13,233 bases of DNA, taken from IMG/VR virus record IMGVR_UViG_2695420747_000007, positions 1-13,233 of that record, one strand, 5' to 3'. Under the pieces are notes generated by a model, which was not told the origin of the DNA, searched no databases, and worked only from the letters and a program-made list of their open reading frames with translations. The stretch comes from a virus (lineage: Duplodnaviria > Heunggongvirae > Uroviricota > Caudoviricetes). The position numbers and the translations under genes were made by a program. Positions 7,168 through 13,233 of this stretch are shown here, piece by piece (positions within the stretch are counted from its first letter, which is position 1; each line of letters starts with the position of its first letter).

Positions 7168-7323
7168 TTACTCCTCAGGTTCGTAGACTGTGAAGACAGC
7201 GACCTCCATCTGGCCGGTTCGGATTCGTACCTCGCAGAGGTCTTTCCTCGTTACCAGTGCCGTCACTATGACGGTTAAACAGATGACGATCAGGGCGATT
7301 AACATCGCCTTTTGCTGCTTCAT
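7168..7323 (-). CDS. hok: Hok-family type I toxin (51 aa)
   Basis: MKQQKAMLIALIVICLTVIVTALVTRKDLCEVRIRTGQMEVAVFTVYEPEE, near-identical to HokD/RelF as recalled. SD AAGGAG 9 nt upstream. An in-frame upstream ATG at 7380 gives a 70-codon mok-like frame. Confidence 0.9.
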   Translation of the reverse strand: MKQQKAMLIALIVICLTVIVTALVTRKDLCEVRIRTGQMEVAVFTVYEPEE

Positions 7324-7336
7324 AGCCTGCTTCTCC

Positions 7337-7365
7337 TTGCCTTTCGGCACGTAAGAGGCTAACCT
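7337..7365 (+). promoter_or_regulatory. sok: sok antisense promoter
   Basis: Plus strand TTGCCT-17-TAACCT, colinear with the plasmid R1 sok promoter (TTGCGC-17-TATCCT) as I recall it; lies inside the mok-like leader, antisense to hok. Confidence 0.5.
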
Positions 7366-7371
7366 AGATTT

Positions 7372-7445
7372 GCCGTTCATAGATTGAGCCTCAGATTAAT
7401 GTTAAGCGTCTTGCAGGACGCGTAATGTTAACTGGGGCTTTTCTC
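7372..7445 (+). ncRNA. sok: Sok-like antisense RNA (approximate extent)
   Basis: Inferred from the promoter above and the usual Sok length of about 65 nt; the 3' end is not defined by a clean terminator. Confidence 0.35.
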
Positions 7446-7498
7446 TATCTGCCTTTGGTGTTCATGCCTGAGGCAGATAGCCTCAAGCACCCGCAGTC

Positions 7499-7526
7499 AT
7501 TCTACTTAACTAAGATTTCCCCGCAA
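7499..7526 (-). promoter_or_regulatory. hok/mok promoter
   Basis: Minus strand TTGCGG-16-TAGAAT; the predicted 5' end GGGTGCTTGAGGCTATCTGCCTCAGG resembles the R1 hok mRNA 5' end as recalled. Confidence 0.5.
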
Positions 7527-7581
7527 ACCGTTTTTGTCCAGCACAATAAATATCCAACTAAACCAATGGAGTTCGCTGTAT

Positions 7582-7761
7582 TTACCGCCAGTATTCAATG
7601 CACATGACCGCCATGAACACCCCTAAAAAAAGGGCATTTATATATCCAAATATTAATATCAAAACATCAACTTTTTCCATATACCTTGCTGTGAAGATGA
7701 TGGGCATACATGATACGAACAACCAGAACGCAACAAACAAAAACTGCAATGCGTTTTTCAT
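7582..7761 (-). CDS. Small hydrophobic two-helix membrane protein (59 aa)
   Basis: ATG at 7761 preceded by AGGAGG (4-nt spacer); MKNALQFLFVAFWLFVSCMPIIFTARYMEKVDVLILIFGYINALFLGVFMAVMCIEYWR. The track ORF extends to a GTG at 7800. Confidence 0.5.
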   Translation of the reverse strand: MKNALQFLFVAFWLFVSCMPIIFTARYMEKVDVLILIFGYINALFLGVFMAVMCIEYWR

Positions 7762-8192
7762 TATTCCTCCTACAATCAATGTGCAATTACATTTAAACAC
7801 ACCTCAATTTGGCCGGACATATAAATATCTAAACTAGAAAAAATCACTTACATAGCGTTACAAACTCTTTAGTCTAAAGGTTCATCGTAAAACACTCCCC
7901 ATACTTATCAGTCCGTTCCGCGCCAGGTAGCTTATTGCCTTATCTGGCAACCTATAATCAGGTTTCCGCTTTTTCAGTTGGCTGGTCGTTTAACCGACAT
8001 AGTTAACCCATTAATCTAGTTGCCGGATGTTGGTGGATTTTCGCGTTTTAGTTGTTCATAAAAGTGCACAGCTTTAACCAGTTCTTCTGATGTAACCAGG
8101 GCTGGTGAGGCAGTGAATAAGGCCTGAATTTGATAGTTCGGCCTGTCGTTACAATCCTCTTTTTTCGGTACATATTTCCAGTCAACAGACCA

Positions 8193-8303
8193 CTACTTCT
8201 CCTGAAAGTCCGTAACGCCTTTTTTCACGTAGCGATATCGCCATGCCACTGGTTTTGCTTGCTCCGCCGTTTCATACCCTTCCTGATAATTAATCTCGCT
8301 CAT
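8193..8303 (-). CDS. Small ORF (36 aa) ending in TAG, with 58 further in-frame sense codons down to 8016
   Basis: ATG at 8303 overlaps the upstream stop (ATGA). After the TAG at 8193-8195 the frame continues protein-like (…PALVTSEELVKAVHFYEQLKRENPPTSGN) with no start codon of its own. Confidence 0.4.
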   Translation of the reverse strand: MSEINYQEGYETAEQAKPVAWRYRYVKKGVTDFQEK

Positions 8304-8476
8304 TCATCGCCCCACTCATCACAATATGCTTCGACCGGATTTTTTCCTGCTTCATAATCATCACGCCATGCTTCAGCATCAGCAGCACTGCCACCACGTA
8401 ACTCTGCATAGTCCATTAACAGTTCATGCCATTTTTCAAAACTGACGTTGTATTTAGTTGAACCAAAATCAGCCAT
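8300..8476 (-). CDS. Small protein (58 aa), translationally coupled
   Basis: Not in the track (under 60 aa). ATG at 8476 with purine-rich SD GAGGAA; overlaps the upstream stop (ATGGCTGA) and the downstream start (ATGA). MADFGSTKYNVSFEKWHELLMDYAELRGGSAADAEAWRDDYEAGKNPVEAYCDEWGDE. Confidence 0.5.
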   Translation of the reverse strand: MADFGSTKYNVSFEKWHELLMDYAELRGGSAADAEAWRDDYEAGKNPVEAYCDEWGDE

Positions 8477-8651
8477 TTTGCTCTTCCTCTTCGTCTTTTA
8501 TTTCGTGATATGAGTAATTGCAGTAGTTAAAGAAAATATCTTTTGCTTCGTCATGTATTTCATCAGGCGTCGCATCAGCATCCACTTCGAATTCATCCTC
8601 GAAATCTCCACCAGCCATTCCCGTTTCAATAATTATTTTGAACTTTCGCAT
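8469..8651 (-). CDS. Small highly acidic protein (60 aa)
   Basis: ATG at 8651; Asp/Glu-rich (…GDFEDEFEVDADATPDEIHDEAKD…KDEEEEQNG); first gene of a coupled three-gene set. Confidence 0.45.
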   Translation of the reverse strand: MRKFKIIIETGMAGGDFEDEFEVDADATPDEIHDEAKDIFFNYCNYSYHEIKDEEEEQNG

Positions 8652-8744
8652 TTCACTACCGCCCTTTCGGGTGGCCTCCTGCTGTTCTGAGGGTGCAGAA
8701 ATCCCTCCGGTTAAGGATTAAATTTTTAACAGTGCTAAATTTAA

Positions 8745-9101
8745 TTATTCAGTTTTGGATTTTGTCACCCTGCGTATCCACGCTTTCCCGTTACGCTCAA
8801 TCTGAATTAGCTTTTCTATATTTTTTCGCCTTTCCCGTTCCTCCTGGCGCAAGAGCCTTACATCATCTGCCAGTCTGGTTTCTCTTTTCGCCACAGAGAG
8901 CATCCAGTCAAATGGCTCCACAACTGCACCGCAGATTTTACAGCGGACCTGACGCTCTTTTTCGTCAACCCGGACAGAAGCGTGATGGCAATATGGTCTT
9001 TCCGATGGCTCATAAAGAAAATTAACCTGATTACGAGGGTCATCCTCTTTTATCGGAAATAAAACGATATTGCTTAACTAATCCTCTGGTTTTATTTCCA
9101 T
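8745..9101 (-). pseudogene. ORF interrupted by an in-frame TAG at codon 8 (about 118 codons total); Cys/His-containing protein
   Basis: ATG at 9101 with SD AAGGAG 6 nt upstream; codons ATG GAA ATA AAA CCA GAG GAT TAG, then 110 open in-frame codons (…ERPYCHHASVRVDEKERQVRCKICGAVVEPFDWM…) to TAA at 8745-8747. No alternative start between the TAG and the Cys motif. Confidence 0.4.
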
Positions 9102-9158
9102 GCTCCTCTCCTTTGATGCGAATGCCAGCGGCAATTGAAGCCTGATAGCTAATTTCAC

Positions 9159-9581
9159 TCACAGTACCGCCTCCTGAAAATTACCCTGATAGAAAGCCAG
9201 TACACGCTGCATAGCTTCGCTCTTCCGGCACTCGCGACAGATTATATTCAGGCGCCTGTCGTAGCGGCGTATTTCTCCGTCTGGTAATGACCAGATTAGG
9301 TCCGGATCAACCGCAGATGGTTTCTTCGGCTTTGCCCTTGAGAGCTTTTTACGGGCATTTTGCCAGTCCTTACGCGCCTGTTCAGACGGGAATAACCCGT
9401 AACCAGAGTTGTATACATCGCCACTGGCAACCAGCTCTCTGGCCAGAACACTCATCAGATATCTTGTTGCCCCAGTTTTAGTTTCCAGTTGTCGTAACGT
9501 CTCGCGCCCACTTTGGCGTACGAGTTCAACAACCTGCCCTTTAATTTTTTCCCGCTCTTCTTGTGTAAAAACTTTTGCCAC
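9159..9581 (-). CDS. Hypothetical replication-module protein (140 aa)
   Basis: GTG start at 9581 with AGGAGG upstream; follows the O-like gene. No family recognised. Confidence 0.6.
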   Translation of the reverse strand: MAKVFTQEEREKIKGQVVELVRQSGRETLRQLETKTGATRYLMSVLARELVASGDVYNSGYGLFPSEQARKDWQNARKKLSRAKPKKPSAVDPDLIWSLPDGEIRRYDRRLNIICRECRKSEAMQRVLAFYQGNFQEAVL

Positions 9582-9621
9582 AAGCCCTCCTGAAAATTAC
9601 CTCATGACCAGAAATTAACAC

Positions 9622-10692
9622 TTACCCCCTGAAGCCCGGCGGAATTTCGTTATCCGGTTCAGAAATATGATTCACACAACGCTGGTTGTTCGTGCCGCTT
9701 ACCGGGAGCAACCAGGGGTTCTCAAAATTCCGGTCCGGTCCAAAAAACGTCGTCGCTCGCTGAACAAATTCCGTTCCCGTTTTCCCGGTAGCCGCCAAGT
9801 ATCTTGCGTAACGCCTCACGCCATCCAGCATGGCCTCTGGTGGCACCCCCTCGCGTAATCTGGCCTTCCAGGCACTGAAAGCGGATTTCTTCGGGTTTGC
9901 TCCGGCACGCAACGGGTACTCCCGCCAGACCTGTTCGAACACATCCGGATAATCCACTCGTCCCACAGACTGCCCGGTGTTTTCCGGGACTACCCGATCG
10001 GCTTCCCGCTGAATGGCGGAATCGGCTTCGGGCTGCTGCAGTTGGTGTGATTGCTCCGGCCTTGCGGTCATCACCTGCTGCACAGCGCCCGAATCGGCTT
10101 TCAGCGCATACGCTGAATCGGCTTCCGGTGTCGTGCCTGCTGGCTGACCAAGATTGACGGTCTGAACATCCCCTGCCTGGTTCGTGGCGTTTTTTACGCC
10201 ATGGACCATAGTGTTTTGATCTTCTTGATCTGTATCTTTATCTGTATCTTTATCTGTCGTGACTCGTCGTGACATATGCGTGACATTTCGTGACGCGCCG
10301 TGACAATCGCCATTTTGTTCCCGCTTTCTTTCCCTCTCTCGCTGCGCCCTCTTGCGCTCTGCAGGAGATTTTGCGGTTTGCGAAATATTGCCGTTGTCCT
10401 CTTTAAGCACCTGGCGTTTTTCCCATCCAGTGATTAAATCACCATCAAGTACCCGCCCCTGCATCGTCTGCAAAATTGAATCAATTACCTCTTCTGTCAC
10501 GTCGAGCGCACTTGCCAAATCTTCTGTCGTGACCTCAATGTGACCTCGCGTGACATTTCGTGACGCGCTCACCAGGAGGTGGATATACACTGCCATCACT
10601 GTTGCAATTGGCTGCCCTGACACCCTGGCAATTGTTCGCCACTTAGGGTCATTTGGCATGTCATGCCATAATCTGAGCCAGGCGTTAGCCAT
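9622..10692 (-). CDS. Phage replication initiation protein, O-like (replisome organizer), 356 aa
   Basis: ATG at 10692 with SD GAGGTG (the track starts 2 codons earlier at a GTG). Position after cro-like/YdaT-like genes. N-terminus MANAWLRLWHDMPNDPKWRTIARVSG… resembles replisome-organizer N-domains. Contains the phased repeats listed below. Confidence 0.65.
   Translation of the reverse strand: MANAWLRLWHDMPNDPKWRTIARVSGQPIATVMAVYIHLLVSASRNVTRGHIEVTTEDLASALDVTEEVIDSILQTMQGRVLDGDLITGWEKRQVLKEDNGNISQTAKSPAERKRAQRERERKREQNGDCHGASRNVTHMSRRVTTDKDTDKDTDQEDQNTMVHGVKNATNQAGDVQTVNLGQPAGTTPEADSAYALKADSGAVQQVMTARPEQSHQLQQPEADSAIQREADRVVPENTGQSVGRVDYPDVFEQVWREYPLRAGANPKKSAFSAWKARLREGVPPEAMLDGVRRYARYLAATGKTGTEFVQRATTFFGPDRNFENPWLLPVSGTNNQRCVNHISEPDNEIPPGFRG
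10258..10304. repeat. Iteron-like array 1: five CGTGAC repeats at 10-11 bp phasing, next to an AT-rich GATC-containing stretch (10211-10257)
   Basis: CGTGAC at 10258, 10268, 10279, 10289, 10299. Upstream is the direct repeat ATCTGTATCTTT x2 and two GATC sites. Confidence 0.5.
10496..10564. repeat. Iteron-like array 2: CGTGAC/TGTGAC repeats at 10-11 bp phasing plus one inverted copy
   Basis: Copies at 10528, 10539, 10549, 10559 and inverted GTCACG at 10496. The 21-mer GCGTGACATTTCGTGACGCGC is identical in both arrays (10279-10299 and 10549-10569). Confidence 0.5.
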
Positions 10693-10763
10693 ACTCACCT
10701 CTTTTGATACCGAATCTTTTTACTCACAAATTGCCGGAAGCGATCCGGTATGAATATTGCGAG

Positions 10764-11189
10764 TCAATGCACAGCCACAATATTTCCTGCAGGGCCACCA
10801 CGATTCATCTGGTTGAAACCAGCGATCGCCACTGCGACAAAATCATCAGCGTCTCTCACCAGTCGTTCCCGCGTCTCCACTAGTTCCCGAAAATAGGCTG
10901 AGCTATGACTGCGCATTCGGGCCACCAGCAGAGGTGGCATTGCTTTTTCGATAGCTGGTAACAACGCCTGAATTTTTTTAACCGCATCAGGGGTGTCTTT
11001 CTCCACCCAGCGGAAAATTTTCTGAGTATTGCGAGCCAGGGCTTCCGGATGGCTGTCGTCATACAGTTCCGGGAACGTCATTCCCAGCTCGAAATACGCT
11101 TTGGTAATTTTCGCAGCCGGTACTTTTTCGCCGTCCGGATGCGCCCAGGCATTCATCGCCATGCGGATGTGTTCATGCTTGATTTTCAT
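10764..11189 (-). CDS. YdaT-like protein (141 aa)
   Basis: ATG at 11189 overlaps the cro-like stop (ATGA); SD GGGAG. N-terminus MKIKHEHI matches my recollection of Rac YdaT; position equals cII/ydaT in lambdoid maps. Confidence 0.5.
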   Translation of the reverse strand: MKIKHEHIRMAMNAWAHPDGEKVPAAKITKAYFELGMTFPELYDDSHPEALARNTQKIFRWVEKDTPDAVKKIQALLPAIEKAMPPLLVARMRSHSSAYFRELVETRERLVRDADDFVAVAIAGFNQMNRGGPAGNIVAVH

Positions 11190-11440
11190 GAATCAACTCC
11201 CATCAGCTTTTTCGTAGTAGTTTTATTCCTGCCAATAGTTAAAATTGCATCGGCAGAAAATAATCCGTTTGATGCAAGAGCGATTTTTTCAGCGTAATTT
11301 GTTTCGCCGGTATATTCTGTGCGAGGCAATTTTCCGTTATCCATCCATTTATAGATTGCTCTTTGGCTGACACCACAAACGTCGGCCACAACAGCAACGC
11401 GAACAGTTTTGATTACATCTTCAAGTGTTTTCTGGTTCAT
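11186..11440 (-). CDS. Cro-like / YdaS-like HTH regulator (84 aa)
   Basis: ATG at 11440 with SD GAGGGTGA (the track ORF extends upstream to a non-ATG start). HTH-like segment VADVCGVSQRAIYKWMDNGKLP; divergent from the repressor gene. Confidence 0.65.
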   Translation of the reverse strand: MNQKTLEDVIKTVRVAVVADVCGVSQRAIYKWMDNGKLPRTEYTGETNYAEKIALASNGLFSADAILTIGRNKTTTKKLMGVDS

Positions 11441-11456
11441 ATCACCCTCACAATGT

Positions 11457-11512
11457 GAACTTTGAGTACATGCTATAACAGAACTGACAGTACATTCAAG
11501 AGCGAATATCAT
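11457..11512. promoter_or_regulatory. OR-like divergent promoter/operator region
   Basis: Two 15-bp direct repeats, GAACTTTGAGTACAT (11457-11471) and GAACTGACAGTACAT (11481-11495). Plus-strand CTGACA-17-TATCAT ends 7 nt before the repressor ATG (leaderless-type). Minus-strand TTGAAT...TATAGC for the cro-like gene. Confidence 0.5.
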
Positions 11513-11519
11513 TGAACTT

Positions 11520-11939
11520 ATGGTTCATGAAGATAAAGCGCGTAAAGAGTTCGCCAGTAGGCTTGCGCTAGCCTGTGAAAACGCTGGTTATGAACAACAT
11601 GGAAGGCAGGCAGAAATTGCCCGTCGAATGAAATTAACACCAAAAGCGGTTAGCAAATGGTTTAATGGCGAAACAATTCCTCGCCGGGAGAAATTAAGGG
11701 AATTAGCAACACTAATAGGAACAACACCAACCTATCTTTTGGGAGAGGATACAGAAGAAAGTGGACAGGTACGTTTCTATCAGGAGTTAAATCCAAGACA
11801 AAAAATCATCATTGACCTTCTGGACGAGCTCCCTGACAGTGAGACAGATGAACTTTTAAAAACTCTTGAAGAGAAAAAACAGAAGTACAATGCAATTTAC
11901 GAAGAGTTAGCACGAAAGAAAAAACAAAAAGCCTCTTAA
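11520..11939 (+). CDS. DicA-family prophage repressor (139 aa, XRE-type HTH, no peptidase domain)
   Basis: HTH segment MKLTPKAVSKWFNGETIPRREKLRELATLIGTTPTYLLG; C-terminal helical tail. No SD before the ATG. Architecture matches DicA/RacR-type repressors as recalled. Confidence 0.75.
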   Translation: MVHEDKARKEFASRLALACENAGYEQHGRQAEIARRMKLTPKAVSKWFNGETIPRREKLRELATLIGTTPTYLLGEDTEESGQVRFYQELNPRQKIIIDLLDELPDSETDELLKTLEEKKQKYNAIYEELARKKKQKAS

Positions 11940-12014
11940 ACCAGCATAAATCCGGTAGCGCCTTCCTCCGGGTTTGTGCTTCACTTTATCCCATCTCATT
12001 TTTTTACACACAAA

Positions 12015-12059
12015 ATGTACTAAATGTACTTTACAACAATGAACACAAAGTACATTATA
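12015..12059 (+). promoter_or_regulatory. OL-like operator/promoter region downstream of the repressor gene
   Basis: ATGTACT at 12015 and 12024 and inverted AGTACAT at 12049, the same heptamer as in OR; candidate promoter TTTACA-(17-18)-ATTATA reading rightward. Confidence 0.4.
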
Positions 12060-12236
12060 TACCTGCCACCCACCCCGCCCCACAGAATGCAGGGCAATAC
12101 TTCGAGTTACCAGGCAGTGGTCAGGGGTTAAGTAGCCAGCCCGAGGCGTAAGAACATGACGGCAGGGTTCAACTTTAATAACTATGCAGCAGGTTTTTGT
12201 TCCGCTACCCCGGCGTTAAGGGGAAATGAGGTCAGC

Positions 12237-12392
12237 ATGGATACTATCAATCTTGGCAACAGCGAATCTCTGGTATGTGGCGTGTTCCCCAACCAGGACG
12301 GTACGTTCACCGCAATGACGTATACCAAAAGCAAAACGTTTAAAACCGAAAATGGTGCCCGTCGCTGGCTGGAAAGAAACTCAGGTGAGTGA
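12237..12392 (+). CDS. YdfA-like small protein (51 aa)
   Basis: ATG at 12237 with GAGG 5 nt upstream; MDTINLGNSESLVCGVFPNQDGTFTAMTYTKSKTFKTENGARRWLERNSGE; resembles Qin YdfA from memory. The track ORF starts at an upstream ATG (12156). Confidence 0.55.
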   Translation: MDTINLGNSESLVCGVFPNQDGTFTAMTYTKSKTFKTENGARRWLERNSGE

Positions 12393-12393
12393 T

Positions 12394-12969
12394 ATGGATT
12401 TCGACACAATCATGGAAAAGGCTTACGAAGAATACTTCGAAGGCCTTGCCGAAGGCGAAGAAGCTCTCAGCTTCAGTGAGTTTAAACAGGCACTCAGAAT
12501 AAGAATGTGCTCTCACAATGACGCGGAGCACAAATATGAGAAGCAAAATCAGACCGCAGAAAATTTTGTTCTGGAACCCGGAGAAACGCTTTTCAAAATT
12601 CCCGTTACGTGCCCCATTTGCGGTTTTACATCAGAAGAACTTGACGACTCCTGTAACAATCAGGAAACAACCAAGTATGTCGAAGATGATACCGAGTGCG
12701 CACGAAGAACGATTATATCCACGAGTCCAAACTCCAGGGCCAATAAATCTCACTTTGAGAGGGTGATTAATCCACTCCCCCAAACCAATAAAAAAGATGC
12801 CGGAGGACAAAAAACCCAATGGAACAACGGGATATCTGTCAAAAAAAGACGTTCCATTAAAGACAAACAACGCAGCGCCAACAACTGTAAGCGCTTTATA
12901 CCAGTAATCAATTTTCATGTTCTTAAGCGGATTTATTGGTGGTTGCGACATTGCTTAATGAATCCTTAA
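12394..12969 (+). CDS. Hypothetical early-left operon protein (191 aa), CPICGF motif; C-terminal part low-complexity
   Basis: ATG at 12394 is 1 nt after the YdfA-like stop, with SD AGGTGAG. The N-terminal part is protein-like; the last 60 or so codons are A-rich and basic and may be fortuitous. Confidence 0.4.
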   Translation: MDFDTIMEKAYEEYFEGLAEGEEALSFSEFKQALRIRMCSHNDAEHKYEKQNQTAENFVLEPGETLFKIPVTCPICGFTSEELDDSCNNQETTKYVEDDTECARRTIISTSPNSRANKSHFERVINPLPQTNKKDAGGQKTQWNNGISVKKRRSIKDKQRSANNCKRFIPVINFHVLKRIYWWLRHCLMNP

Positions 12970-13233
12970 AACTGTGGTGATTTTAAGGATACCACCTCGC
13001 CTGACGTGGTTAAAAGCAGGCACACAACACGAAAGCGCACGGCGAAGTTCGTCTCACTGTACGGTGTCGTTAAATTTAATTCGACCGTGCGCTTCCGGTT
13101 GTGGCAACCCGCAAAATGGCGCGGCGGTAAGTATGGCGGGGTTATTCCTTCCCCGTTGAGGACACCGGGTTGTCAGGTTGACCATACGCTTAAGTGACAA
13201 CCCCGCTGCAACGCCCTCTGTTATCAATTTTCT

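Noticed and set aside
7425-7837. Plus-strand ORFs 7425-7607 and 7598-7837
   Set aside because: Lie antisense to the hok leader/promoter and the small membrane gene; AT-rich low-complexity translations.
8130-8357. Plus-strand 75-aa ORF
   Set aside because: Antisense to the coupled small-gene set; no start signals.
8693-9025. Plus-strand 110-aa ORF
   Set aside because: Antisense to gene D; proline/leucine-rich low-complexity product.
8858-9162. Alternative frames over gene D: the 61-aa ORF 8858-9043 and a 40-codon GTG-start frame 9040-9162
   Set aside because: The 61-aa frame has an SD abutting the ATG with no spacer and a poor product. The GTG frame has a good SD but is short and overlaps the far more protein-like TAG-interrupted frame; noted as alternatives only.
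9287-10157. Plus-strand ORFs inside the 140-aa and O-like genes (9287-9481, 9409-9618, 9667-9858, 9897-10157, 10352-10543, 10550-10753)
   Set aside because: Shadow frames within GC-richer coding sequence on the opposite strand.
10880-11297. ORFs overlapping the YdaT-like gene (10880-11062 minus; 11029-11217 and 11049-11297 plus)
   Set aside because: Shadow frames; the 141-aa frame has SD, ATGA coupling and a recognisable N-terminus.
11941-11985. Intrinsic terminator after the repressor gene
   Set aside because: Only a 4-5 bp CCGG stem followed by GTTTGTG; too weak to call.
12182-12951. Minus-strand ORFs 12182-12409, 12340-12546 and 12631-12951 (the last membrane-like)
   Set aside because: Antisense to the rightward operon; the hydrophobic look is likely a compositional effect of the A-rich sense strand. 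Not fully excluded.
12974-13197. Plus-strand ORFs 12974-13159 and 13006-13197
   Set aside because: No SD, Arg/Ser/Cys-rich products, overlap a region with strong inverted repeats; more likely non-coding.
1-13233. CRISPR array, integrase/attachment site, insertion sequences
   Set aside because: No regularly spaced direct repeats with unique spacers, no recombinase or transposase-like frame, no terminal inverted repeats of an IS in this window.
12970-13233. DicF sRNA
   Set aside because: Expected by synteny, but the sequence does not match DicF as I remember it; left as a structured-region finding only.

Overview
This window reads as a mosaic lambdoid prophage segment of an E. coli-like enterobacterium, with most genes on the minus strand. 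Going from high to low coordinates on the minus strand: an immunity region (DicA-family repressor on the plus strand, divergent Cro-like and YdaT-like genes), a replication module (O-like gene with phased CGTGAC repeats inside it, then a 140-aa gene), an AT-rich cassette of small translationally coupled genes, a complete hok/sok type I toxin-antitoxin locus, nin-like genes (YdfU-like DUF968, RusA), a Q antiterminator with a lambda-like pR'/qut and tR', a cargo insertion (small winged-helix ORF plus orphan beta-class DNA methyltransferase), two phage tRNAs (Ile2-CAU, Arg-UCU) and an unidentified AT-rich 117-aa ORF at the locus where Stx phages carry stx. The block Q 3' part - pR' - tR' - tRNAs - ORF117 occurs twice (about 98-1756 and 1764-4996); the copies are divergent and separated by a 7-N gap at 1757-1763, so the left copy is probably a scaffold join to a second related prophage rather than a proven tandem duplication. 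The points most worth follow-up are two in-frame TAG codons interrupting otherwise intact ORFs, the phased iteron arrays, the methyltransferase insertion with a perfect 12-bp palindrome upstream, and the unknown cargo ORF. All names rest on motifs, synteny and remembered homology; no database search was possible. I did not find a clearly new multi-gene system.
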